Positions 1-7,882 of a DNA stretch of 39,161 nt are shown here, piece by piece. Every line of letters begins with the position of its first letter. The stretch's first letter is position 1. The stretch is from a virus (lineage: Duplodnaviria > Caudoviricetes). Position numbers and translations under genes: made by a program. Under the pieces are notes generated by a model. The model saw only the letters and a list, made by a program, of their open reading frames with translations, searched no databases and was not told the origin of the DNA. The stretch covers positions 1 through 39,161 of the IMG/VR virus record IMGVR_UViG_3300013767_000191. The stretch is one strand, 5' to 3'.

Positions 1-612
1 TCATCCTGATAACCGCCGGCTCGAAACACCCGGTTCCCACGACGCTAGTGCGGGATCTTGTGGGCGGCCTTTACTGTCGACGCCGGCATCAAGCATGGCC
101 AGAGCCTGGGAGAACAGGCGAAGCCCTATAGGGGCGAGTTCTCTGCGCCACAGTGCTTGCGGCGTGTCATCCGGCCGGACGTGGCACCAGTCCTGGGCGA
201 GCACCGGCCCGGTATCCGCGCCATCGTCCAACCAGTAGACCGAACCGCCGGTAACCGGCTCGCGCATATGAATAGCCCAATGCACCGCGTCCCGGCCTCG
301 ATGCCTTGGCAACAACGACGGGTGATAGCCCAGCGCGCCGTGCGTTGCCTTGGCGCGGACTTCTTCATCTATATAGACGTGGGCATACGCCGTGAGGATG
401 ACATCACACGGCGGCACCTGGTCGGCGCTCAGGCGGCCTTGGGCGCAGCCGGCCGGTATTCCGAGCTGTTGGGCCGCCGCGTAGAGCCTGTCGTATTCGC
501 CGTCTGCTCCGATGGCTGGGCTGATGGCGATCACCACTTGGTGCCCTTCAGTCAGGCAACGTTTCAACAACTCGGCTGCCAACCACTTCTGGCCAATGAT
601 CGCTACTCGCAT
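1..612 (-). CDS. 10-formyl-THF-dependent formyltransferase/hydrolase domain protein (203 aa)
   Basis: Starts at MRVAIIGQ (ATG 612, overlapping the upstream stop at 603). Motifs GYHPSLLPRHRG and WLDDGADTGP of the formyl_trans_N fold. Confidence 0.9.
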   Translation of the reverse strand: MRVAIIGQKWLAAELLKRCLTEGHQVVIAISPAIGADGEYDRLYAAAQQLGIPAGCAQGRLSADQVPPCDVILTAYAHVYIDEEVRAKATHGALGYHPSLLPRHRGRDAVHWAIHMREPVTGGSVYWLDDGADTGPVLAQDWCHVRPDDTPQALWRRELAPIGLRLFSQALAMLDAGVDSKGRPQDPALASWEPGVSSRRLSG

Positions 613-1727
613 GCGTTCTCCCCGAGGTAACGAAAACCCTGAACCGCCCGGAAGTGGCCGCCAAAGCCGCTGCCGGCGCTGGAATGTCGCCCAAGCCGGC
701 GGTTGCTCTCTATCAGGCTCTGGCGGCTTTTGGCGTAGTTGCCGCCGACCAGTGACGCCGAGACTTGCGTCCATCGCTTGTCCCTTCGAAGCGCGGCACC
801 AAGGCCTGGATGGCTGGTGTGGAACAACGTGCGTAGCGGCCGGCCGTAGCGGTTGCTTCCCTCTAACCACCGGCCGCACAAGGTGTTGAGGAAACGCATC
901 CCAACTCCGGCGCCTTGCCACTCAGGCATCACGACCAGCCGGCAAGCCCGCGCCTCGATCAGCCCCGGCCGGGTTGAAAACGCGATGTGAGCTACCGGTT
1001 CCCCGTTGACCCAGCCCACATAGTGAGTAGAGGCAACCATCGGGGGCAGTTTCAGATAGTGATGCGGCTCAAACAGGGCATAGTCGCGCTGCTTAGCCTC
1101 GCGGATCTCAAGCTCAAAGCTTGGTCTTGGCCGAAGCCACCCCCGATGAAATTCGCCGGTACCGCTGTCGTAAACCCAATCAGGCTGAACCCAGTCCAGG
1201 ATGTCGTAGTGGCAGGAAAGGAGAACCACCTGCCCGGACGTCCGGCGCCACGCCTTGGCGAATGCGGCGGCGCCCACACGGGCGATCTGCCGGTCTACTA
1301 CCGAGCTGAACTCATCGACGACGGCCATGCCAGGCGCCTCACAAACAAGCCTGGCCAAGTTCGCCCGGAACTGTTCCCCATTGGATAGCACCGAAAATGG
1401 CCGAAGCCATGCGGGCACTGTTCCTAGCCCAACGGCCGACAGTGCGCCGGTCACTTCGTCGAATGACCCCATCGGGTCAATCGCGTCAATGATTGGCAGG
1501 TTTTTCGGCCAGCGGGGGCTGTAGAGCGTGCCAATGGCCTTGCCCAGCGTCGTCTTTCCAGAACCTGACGGCCCGACAACGACGCCAATCTTCCACGGCA
1601 GATCCTCAATCGGCAGATCGGCCGCGACGTCGACGTCACAGCCCGACTCCACGTTGAACAAGGATTTGACCCGAGCGGCCCGGTAGCTATCGAAGTCGGA
1701 ACAGTGGTGGGAAACCTGAACCTTCAT
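603..1727 (-). CDS. ABC-type ATPase fused to a GNAT acyltransferase (374 aa), at the mom position
   Basis: Walker A GPSGSGKTT, signature LSNGEQFR, Walker B VVDE, H-loop SCH. C-terminal GNAT motif A RLVVMPEWQGAGVG. ATG at 1727 in an ATGA overlap with the upstream small ORF. Confidence 0.88.
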   Translation of the reverse strand: MKVQVSHHCSDFDSYRAARVKSLFNVESGCDVDVAADLPIEDLPWKIGVVVGPSGSGKTTLGKAIGTLYSPRWPKNLPIIDAIDPMGSFDEVTGALSAVGLGTVPAWLRPFSVLSNGEQFRANLARLVCEAPGMAVVDEFSSVVDRQIARVGAAAFAKAWRRTSGQVVLLSCHYDILDWVQPDWVYDSGTGEFHRGWLRPRPSFELEIREAKQRDYALFEPHHYLKLPPMVASTHYVGWVNGEPVAHIAFSTRPGLIEARACRLVVMPEWQGAGVGMRFLNTLCGRWLEGSNRYGRPLRTLFHTSHPGLGAALRRDKRWTQVSASLVGGNYAKSRQSLIESNRRLGRHSSAGSGFGGHFRAVQGFRYLGENACE

Positions 1728-1876
1728 ACGCACACCACCCGGACTTTGTAGCCGAGGGACTTGAGCTGTTGAAAGGCGCTCTGTTGGCCTGATTCATTGG
1801 GGCAAACCACGATGACGCCAAATTGCGGCTTGTACTTGAACCCGTTACGGCCGGGGGCTTTGCGTTGCTTTTCCAT
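1724..1876 (-). CDS. Small 50-aa protein of the modification operon (not in ORF track)
   Basis: Read by hand: MEKQRKAPGRNGFKYKPQFGVIVVCPNESGQQSAFQQLKSLGYKVRVVCV. GAGG SD lies 5 nt upstream and the TGA overlaps the ATPase ATG. Confidence 0.78.
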   Translation of the reverse strand: MEKQRKAPGRNGFKYKPQFGVIVVCPNESGQQSAFQQLKSLGYKVRVVCV

Positions 1877-2039
1877 GACAGCCTCTATCATCGGCGCTCG
1901 GCGGCGCTTGAGGAATGAGGCTCACGGCCTTCTGGTGGTTGATGGCCCCGCAGCGGGGGCACTTTATTTGAACCTCGCTCGGCGGCGATATCTTCGCGAG
2001 CAACCTACGGCATTGACCACAACGTACTTCTTGCATCAT
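1845..2039 (-). CDS. com: Com-family zinc-finger translational regulator (64 aa)
   Basis: MMQEVRCGQCRRLLAK...QIKCPRCGAIN, the Mu Com CxxC...CPRC pattern, at the terminal late locus. Confidence 0.92.
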   Translation of the reverse strand: MMQEVRCGQCRRLLAKISPPSEVQIKCPRCGAINHQKAVSLIPQAPPSADDRGCHGKATQSPRP

Positions 2040-2040
2040 C

Positions 2041-2167
2041 TGCAAACCTTTTGCACTTCTGGTAGGCTCCCGACCGCTCGCGCGAGCGAGGGGGCCTAGG
2101 CTGGTTCGCAGGCTACATCTGCCTACCGGCGGCCGGCTCAGGTGCTCGAACACTTGAACCGGTCGCC
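2041..2167 (-). promoter_or_regulatory. Structured 5' leader of the com operon (three consecutive stem-loops)
   Basis: Inverted repeats at 2128-2167, 2063-2098 (core CGCTCG-CG-CGAGCG) and 2041-2055 (TGCAAA-AGG-TTTGCA over the com SD). Confidence 0.55.
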
Positions 2168-2177
2168 CTCTTTTAAC

Positions 2178-2630
2178 TCACCCCGTACACAACTCGCCCA
2201 TGGGCGGCAGCATCCATAAATGCTGCGGCGTAACCCGGCGCAGACTCTCACAGCGGTACCACGGCTCTCCCGCCTCAGCCGCTGACCAGGCAATCAGCTC
2301 GGAACAAAACCAAGCGTCCCGCTCTTGCCAGTCACGGCGCAGCCCGAGGCCGAGTATGGCCGTCCAGTCGTAGGGTTTGCCGAGCTGGCTCCGGGCTGCC
2401 GCGATGATCCGCTGAGGATCGCGGGCCGGCAGTTCGACAAGGGCTGTATCCCTTGCCCGGCTGATAGCGTCATCGAGCTTGAGCTGGCGCACGCCATAGA
2501 ACGGGGTGGCCTCGACCACTAGTTCATCTACAACTAGAGCGACGTGGCTCCAACGCGACCAGGTGGCCGCACGGATCATTGCCCCCATTGGGCTGTTAGA
2601 GCTGCTGAACAACAGGCGTATGGTGCGCAT
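2178..2630 (-). CDS. Permuted papain-like NlpC/P60 (YiiX/YebB-like) amidase
   Basis: WSHVALV, GKPYDW and WFCSEL, with His before Cys. Alternative start at 2636. Confidence 0.85.
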   Translation of the reverse strand: MRTIRLLFSSSNSPMGAMIRAATWSRWSHVALVVDELVVEATPFYGVRQLKLDDAISRARDTALVELPARDPQRIIAAARSQLGKPYDWTAILGLGLRRDWQERDAWFCSELIAWSAAEAGEPWYRCESLRRVTPQHLWMLPPMGELCTG

Positions 2631-2632
2631 CG

Positions 2633-3211
2633 TCAACCCTTCGCGTTCCCTACGCCGGTAACAGCCGTTTGGATATCCTTGATAGCATCGGCAGCGATCT
2701 GTTTAGCCTCATCAATTGCGCCCGCTGCAATCTTCCCCCTGATCAGCTCTTTCGCCTCCAAGCGCCGTTCACGGATCTGATAAAGCACCTCCGCATACTG
2801 AGCCGCTTCGGTCAGGATGCTGTCGGCGGCTTCCTGGGGCGTGCGGCCGGTAATTGCCCAAGCAGCAACGGTGCGCGGTACCGCGTCTGCCGGATAGCCG
2901 GCGTCTTTGAATGCTTGCGCCTCGGACGCCGCTCGTTCGTATTCGACTGCCCGGAGCGGATCGCCCGCAACAATCTGTCGCGCCTGGTCGGCGTAGTTAT
3001 CAATCCTTGCGCACAAGTCAGCGGCGGTAGGCACAGGCTCGCCATCATGCTCCCACTGGCCTATCCACTCACCGGATTCCTTAATTCGCGTTCCTTTAAA
3101 GCGCGGGTTCCAGCAGGGTTGCGGCAATGGCGCAATCGTCCAGTGTTTCGCCCCGGCGGAGTTGTCAGCGGCGTAGAGAAATAGCCCGTTTTGATCAATA
3201 ACGTAAATCAT
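2633..3211 (-). CDS. Tail fibre assembly/chaperone protein
   Basis: Follows the tail fibre. GDPLRAVEYERA..EAQAFKDAGY motif typical of Pseudomonas phage tail-associated proteins. Confidence 0.7.
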   Translation of the reverse strand: MIYVIDQNGLFLYAADNSAGAKHWTIAPLPQPCWNPRFKGTRIKESGEWIGQWEHDGEPVPTAADLCARIDNYADQARQIVAGDPLRAVEYERAASEAQAFKDAGYPADAVPRTVAAWAITGRTPQEAADSILTEAAQYAEVLYQIRERRLEAKELIRGKIAAGAIDEAKQIAADAIKDIQTAVTGVGNAKG

Positions 3212-3220
3212 GCTGCCCCC

Positions 3221-4711
3221 TTAAGCCGCTTGAACGCAGAAGCTGAGTTGACATTCAAACCCGCCAGCTCCGGCGGTCGACCCTGTCGCATAGTCCAGAA
3301 CAACCTCGCCGGTCGCCTCCGCTCGCCATGACAACCATCCCAACGCGAACGGACTGGTCGTCGCCCAATCGCCTGTACCGCAGACCCTGATGAGCGGCCG
3401 GAAACCTGGCGGAAGTGTGAACATTACGAGCGCTCCGGCACCGTTACTGACCCAGCGCGAGCAGTCTATTGTCACGTAGACATTGCCGTTGGCCTTCCAG
3501 AATCGACACGTGTTTCTAGGATCTGAGAAGCCATTGATGAACGCCGGCACTTGGATGTTTGGCGCGGAAAAGTTTGCGAAATTGTTGGCAATAACCTGAT
3601 TGGTAACGGCAGCGGTGTAGGTATCAGTGATCCCGTAGCCCGCCAGTGTGCTGGCTTTGTTGGCCTTGGCGTTTGGGTCAAAGTTGCCGGTGTGCCACAC
3701 GTCACGGGTCGGCGTCCAAGTACCGTCGTTTTTCACTGAGCGAATCGACACGCGCGGCTCTGGATTGCCTTGTTGAAATCCAATCTGAGCGGCATACCCT
3801 GCGGAGCCATAAGGAATATTAACTATCGATGAATACGGCGCGAGACTGGTTGGCCCCTCGTTACAGTAGTAAAAACCTCCGGGAAGACCGATGGTGTCGA
3901 TACTGGCAAGAGGGGCGACATTTGCCGCCAAGCCGTAGGCACCGATTTTAATGGCATCGGTGATTCCATAGCCTTGCAGGGTGGTTGGCTTTCCGCTGGA
4001 AATTTTGCTCCAGTCCAGGCTTGGAATATCCGCCTGCACAAGCCCCACGCTACCGACAACCAAACCTTTGGCATTGATAGTGACCTTCGCATAGCTGCCG
4101 GCAACGACGCCAATGTCGGCAAGCGCTATGGCAATGTTGGCATTCGCCGATCCATCAAATGACGCACTGCCGACCGCCGCGCCGGAGATGGAAATACTGC
4201 GTGCTGTCTCAAGCTTTCGGGCCGCTACGGCCGCTACGGCGGTTCCGTTGATCCCGAGGGCGTCAGTGATTCCGTACCCGCCAAGCGTGGTGGGCTTGCC
4301 GGTCTTGATCTTGCTCCAGTCCAGATCCGGGATGTCCGAGCTGGCCAGCGCGCCGCCGTCCGTTACCAGCCCCTTAACATTGACGGTCACCTTCTGGTAA
4401 ACGCCCGCTGCAACTCCGCTGTCTGCAAGTGTTATGGAAATGTTGGCGTCCGCGCTGCCATCGAAAGACGCGTTGCCAAACGCGGCCCCGCTGATGGAGA
4501 GCTTCCGGGCCGTCGCCAGTCTGGTGGCCTTGTATGCGGCGACAGTGCCTTCGATAAGCGCTTCGAACTTGGCCTTTAGCCAGACAGTTCGGCTCGCGAG
4601 TGCCTTGGCAGCTTTATTGGCGATCCCGTCAGGGCCACCTAATACGGGGTCGGGCGTCTCAATTTGATAGACGCCATCCGGCCACTCTGGCGGTTCGGGT
4701 AGGTTTGCCAT
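3221..4711 (-). CDS. Tail fibre protein
   Basis: N-terminal YQIETPDPVLGGPDGIAN baseplate-anchor motif, repeated KPTTLxGYGITDA units and a variable C-terminal domain. Confidence 0.92.
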   Translation of the reverse strand: MANLPEPPEWPDGVYQIETPDPVLGGPDGIANKAAKALASRTVWLKAKFEALIEGTVAAYKATRLATARKLSISGAAFGNASFDGSADANISITLADSGVAAGVYQKVTVNVKGLVTDGGALASSDIPDLDWSKIKTGKPTTLGGYGITDALGINGTAVAAVAARKLETARSISISGAAVGSASFDGSANANIAIALADIGVVAGSYAKVTINAKGLVVGSVGLVQADIPSLDWSKISSGKPTTLQGYGITDAIKIGAYGLAANVAPLASIDTIGLPGGFYYCNEGPTSLAPYSSIVNIPYGSAGYAAQIGFQQGNPEPRVSIRSVKNDGTWTPTRDVWHTGNFDPNAKANKASTLAGYGITDTYTAAVTNQVIANNFANFSAPNIQVPAFINGFSDPRNTCRFWKANGNVYVTIDCSRWVSNGAGALVMFTLPPGFRPLIRVCGTGDWATTSPFALGWLSWRAEATGEVVLDYATGSTAGAGGFECQLSFCVQAA

Positions 4712-5259
4712 TAGTTACTGCTCCCGTGGTTGTATTGACCGTCGTAGTTCGCCAAGCCGTTGTATCGAAGCGGCACAGCCTGGTAATCCAGCTGAACCAA
4801 GCGGCAACGTGTTGGGGCAACGGCGAGAAGAAGGCGGCGCAACATGGCCGCCTGGTCATTGGTGATAACTCGCTCCAGGAGGGCGACCCGATAGAGCGAC
4901 CAAACAGGCCCGCCGCCTTGGGCGGGGCTTACGCCTTCATCGATGCGGATCTCCCCAAAGCCCAATAGCCGGAACACCTCTCTGATTGCCCACGGGTTTC
5001 CCTTGAAACGGTGTAGCTCGGCGGCGTTTTTTATGAGATCGCGCTTTGCATCTACCGATTCGGCGAGTTGCCAGGCCACCTCATCCATCAACGAAAACTG
5101 ATCGGCGAGGTGCGGCAGGATTGCCGGTTTAACCAGGTCGACCAGGTAAACGAGCATCGAGTTGATATCGATCTCGTCCAGCGACTCTTGGAGCAGCTCA
5201 CAAAGGGTCGCGAAGCGCTCATCGCTCGCGAGCGCCGGGGGCAACTGTTGGTCAACCAT
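4711..5259 (-). CDS. Baseplate/tail protein, P2 gpI-like
   Basis: LPHLADQF...ELHRFKGNPWAIR pattern, between gpJ and the fibre. Confidence 0.88.
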   Translation of the reverse strand: MVDQQLPPALASDERFATLCELLQESLDEIDINSMLVYLVDLVKPAILPHLADQFSLMDEVAWQLAESVDAKRDLIKNAAELHRFKGNPWAIREVFRLLGFGEIRIDEGVSPAQGGGPVWSLYRVALLERVITNDQAAMLRRLLLAVAPTRCRLVQLDYQAVPLRYNGLANYDGQYNHGSSN

Positions 5260-6373
5260 TAGCCACACCCGCATCGATCAGCTGGATAGCGGAGCAGTTG
5301 GCCCAATGATGCGTGTCGAGCACCGACAACACGTCGGGGTACTCCAGCTCTGCCCGATAGACGCCGCTCACCTGCAGGAGAGCGGTCAACTGTTCCCGAA
5401 CGATGTCCCGGCCAAGTCCGGCCCGGCGATCCTGTGCATAGGCGAAAGCGGCCGCATGTGCAGCGGCCAACGCAGCTGCCCGATCCGCTTCCGCATAGAA
5501 AGTGAGATGAGCCTTGATCTGAAACGGCCTCTCAAGCGGGCTGTAAGCGTGCACGGTATCGCACAGTGGGCGGACTTTTTCGCCGCTGAGGCGGGTTCTT
5601 ACGCGCTCCAACAGGTCGGCAGTGGGCAAGCCTGTATTCGTCAGTGGGTAGACCGCTACGTGGCCATCCGGCTGGCCTTCATCGGGGCCGTGAACCGCTA
5701 CATCAGTAATTGATTGATGAACCGCCAAGGCGTGATAGCGGTAGGCGCCCCGGCTGCCGGCATTGCTGAACGCTTCAGGCGCAAGAATGATCCGCTCGCG
5801 GTAACGGTCGTCTTCCTCATCCTCCGCCCCATCGGCGGATGTCGTAGTGTTTGTGGCGGTCATGCCGGCCGCTGGGGCGTTGGCAAGGCTACTGATTTGC
5901 CCAGCGGCCCAGCCGTTGCCCATTACCCCGACCGTCAAGCAAGTCGCCGTGGCGCTGATGCTGGACTGCCCGGCGGGTATAACCACGTCCTGGTCACTCA
6001 GAAACACCAGTTTGCCGTCCTGAGTGCTGACCTTTGTGCCGGCACGGATCAACAGCGGTTGCTGTACCGCTGCCGGCATGTTGAAGCGCAACACGCACCG
6101 GGCCGGAACAGCCAGCAGCTTTGGGGTAGCTACCAGCTCGCCCAGGTACTCAAGAATTGGGCCTTTCGCGAACCGAACCAAGGATTGCTTTCCTCCGTTC
6201 TGAACGGCCGCCTCCACTCGGGTCACCGCATATGCAATCTGATCGATGAACAGCCGTTCCACCTGAGCGGGGTACAGGGTTTTTCCTGTCTTCTCCTCAT
6301 AGCGGGCAATCAACTTGGCCTCGGTTGCGGCGGGGTTAACGTCGATAAAAATAGGTTCAGGCAGCTCGCGCAA
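5252..6373 (-). CDS. Baseplate wedge protein J/gp47 family
   Basis: GAEDEEDDRYRERI...FSNAGSRGAYRYHAL and VRPLCDTV motifs. Confidence 0.93.
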   Translation of the reverse strand: MRELPEPIFIDVNPAATEAKLIARYEEKTGKTLYPAQVERLFIDQIAYAVTRVEAAVQNGGKQSLVRFAKGPILEYLGELVATPKLLAVPARCVLRFNMPAAVQQPLLIRAGTKVSTQDGKLVFLSDQDVVIPAGQSSISATATCLTVGVMGNGWAAGQISSLANAPAAGMTATNTTTSADGAEDEEDDRYRERIILAPEAFSNAGSRGAYRYHALAVHQSITDVAVHGPDEGQPDGHVAVYPLTNTGLPTADLLERVRTRLSGEKVRPLCDTVHAYSPLERPFQIKAHLTFYAEADRAAALAAAHAAAFAYAQDRRAGLGRDIVREQLTALLQVSGVYRAELEYPDVLSVLDTHHWANCSAIQLIDAGVANG

Positions 6374-6734
6374 AGGGCACCTCCGTCAACTGTGGAACGC
6401 CATCGGCTACCCGCCACTGCACGCGCAACGTGATCCGAGGGGCGTCGATAATCACCTCGACCTTTACGACAGAGATGCGGGTTTCCCAGCGGCGGATCGC
6501 GTCGACCGCTTCGCGCACCAGGTGCGGGGTCACCCGGTTTTCCGGCCAATCGATATAGAGGTGGAGATCGCTACCGAACTCGGGCCGGTGCGGGTCGCTG
6601 CCTTTCGGCGTGGACAGCACAATGTGAATAGCCTGGTCGATATCACGCAGGCCCTCGACAACCTCCCCCGGAGTACCAAGGGCGGGTTGCCAGTGCGCGG
6701 CGGTGATGCTGGTATAGGAAATAGGCGTCGTCAT
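6357..6734 (-). CDS. Baseplate wedge protein GpW/gp25 family
   Basis: LSTPKGSDPHRPEFGS and AIRRWETRI motifs. Confidence 0.92.
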   Translation of the reverse strand: MTTPISYTSITAAHWQPALGTPGEVVEGLRDIDQAIHIVLSTPKGSDPHRPEFGSDLHLYIDWPENRVTPHLVREAVDAIRRWETRISVVKVEVIIDAPRITLRVQWRVADGVPQLTEVPFARAA

Positions 6735-6740
6735 GCGCCC

Positions 6741-6787
6741 ATCATGCGAAAGCGGCTCGGCGGCGGCTTTTAATCGAGTTTAAAGAG
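6741..6787 (-). promoter_or_regulatory. Late promoter copy 1 (21-bp motif + 20-bp spacer + CATGAT -10)
   Basis: CTCTTTAAACTCGATTAAAAG at 6767-6787. The -10 at 6741-6746 lies 6 nt before the gpW ATG. Confidence 0.75.
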
Positions 6788-6883
6788 GGTAAGGAAAGTG
6801 CCGGCGCGGAGAAAAAACCTGTTCTCCGGGCGCAAAGCATCGTAATTTACGCGCCATAACTACAAGGACGTTTGGGGGCATAA

Positions 6884-7882
6884 GTGGGAGCTTATCGTCT
6901 GCTATTGGCCGCTCTGGTCGCGGTTTCTCATATGGGCAAGACGATCATGGGGTTAAACCCCGGCGTGGTTGCCGTGATTTCCTTCCTGATCATCAGCGGT
7001 TTCGTGATGACTTCGCTCATCGAGCGAAACTACAAGGCGCCGGAGAAAGTCGGCCTGTTTTACATGGACAGGGCCTTGAGGCTTTACCCCCAGTTCCTGT
7101 TCTACTTCTCCGCTTCCTGCGCCGTGATTTATTTCCTCCTGCCGGGCACCCCGCAAGCCGCCGATCTGACGCTCAAAAACATCGCCGCAAGCCTTCCAAT
7201 TGTGCCGCTTGGCTTCTACATGTTCGGCGCTGCCGGGGCGGAGATAGTGCCGCCGGCCTGGTCGCTGGGGCTTGAGATGTGTTTCTATCTGATGATTCCT
7301 TTCCTGATCATCTACAAGGCGCGGGGCATTGCATTCGCGCTGTCTGTCGCCGTTTTCATGGCCGCCTGTTTTGGCTACATCAACACGGATGTGTACGGCT
7401 ACCGGCTGTTGCCGGGCGTGCTGTTCATGTTCCTGTGCGGCAGCTATCTGTACCAGCCGCAGGCGAAGGGGTTGGCGATCGCGGCCGGCACGGCCGTAGT
7501 GGCGGCCTTGATGTTTGCGGCAATCATGTTGGGGGTCGTCGAGCGCCGCCCCTTCAATGCGGAGGTGACCGCCGGCATTGCGCTGGGGATTCCGGCCGTG
7601 TACCTGCTGACCAAACTCAAATACCACCGGGCCGACGAGTTGCTCGGGAACGTCAGCTATGGCGTATTTCTGAACCACTTTGCGGTGATGTACTTTTTGC
7701 GGGCCTTTTGGCCAGTGGCGTACAGCGCGCACATGGTCGCGCTGGTGCTGGCGCTGGCGTTCTTACTGAGTTGCGTCACGTATTACTACGTTGAGCGGCC
7801 GGCCCTGAAGCTACGTCACGCGCTTCGGGCCGGTGTGGAGTATGGGACAGGTCAACAGCGGGCAGGCGAAACAGCCGCTTAG
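6884..7882 (+). CDS. Acyltransferase-3 family membrane O-acyltransferase (Oac/OafA-like), moron
   Basis: Multi-TM protein with R..LA..V...H, FLIISGFVM, RALRLYP, WSLGLEMCFY, GNVSYGVFLNH and YYVERP motifs. Runs opposite to the tail genes. Confidence 0.92.
   Translation: MGAYRLLLAALVAVSHMGKTIMGLNPGVVAVISFLIISGFVMTSLIERNYKAPEKVGLFYMDRALRLYPQFLFYFSASCAVIYFLLPGTPQAADLTLKNIAASLPIVPLGFYMFGAAGAEIVPPAWSLGLEMCFYLMIPFLIIYKARGIAFALSVAVFMAACFGYINTDVYGYRLLPGVLFMFLCGSYLYQPQAKGLAIAAGTAVVAALMFAAIMLGVVERRPFNAEVTAGIALGIPAVYLLTKLKYHRADELLGNVSYGVFLNHFAVMYFLRAFWPVAYSAHMVALVLALAFLLSCVTYYYVERPALKLRHALRAGVEYGTGQQRAGETAA

Noticed and set aside
613-921. N-terminal 103-aa extension of the formyltransferase ORF
   Set aside because: It overlaps the GNAT gene out of frame. 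The fold begins at MRVAIIGQ (612).
603-1727. ABC transporter ATPase call
   Set aside because: No permease is nearby, and the ATPase is fused to a GNAT and located at the mom locus.
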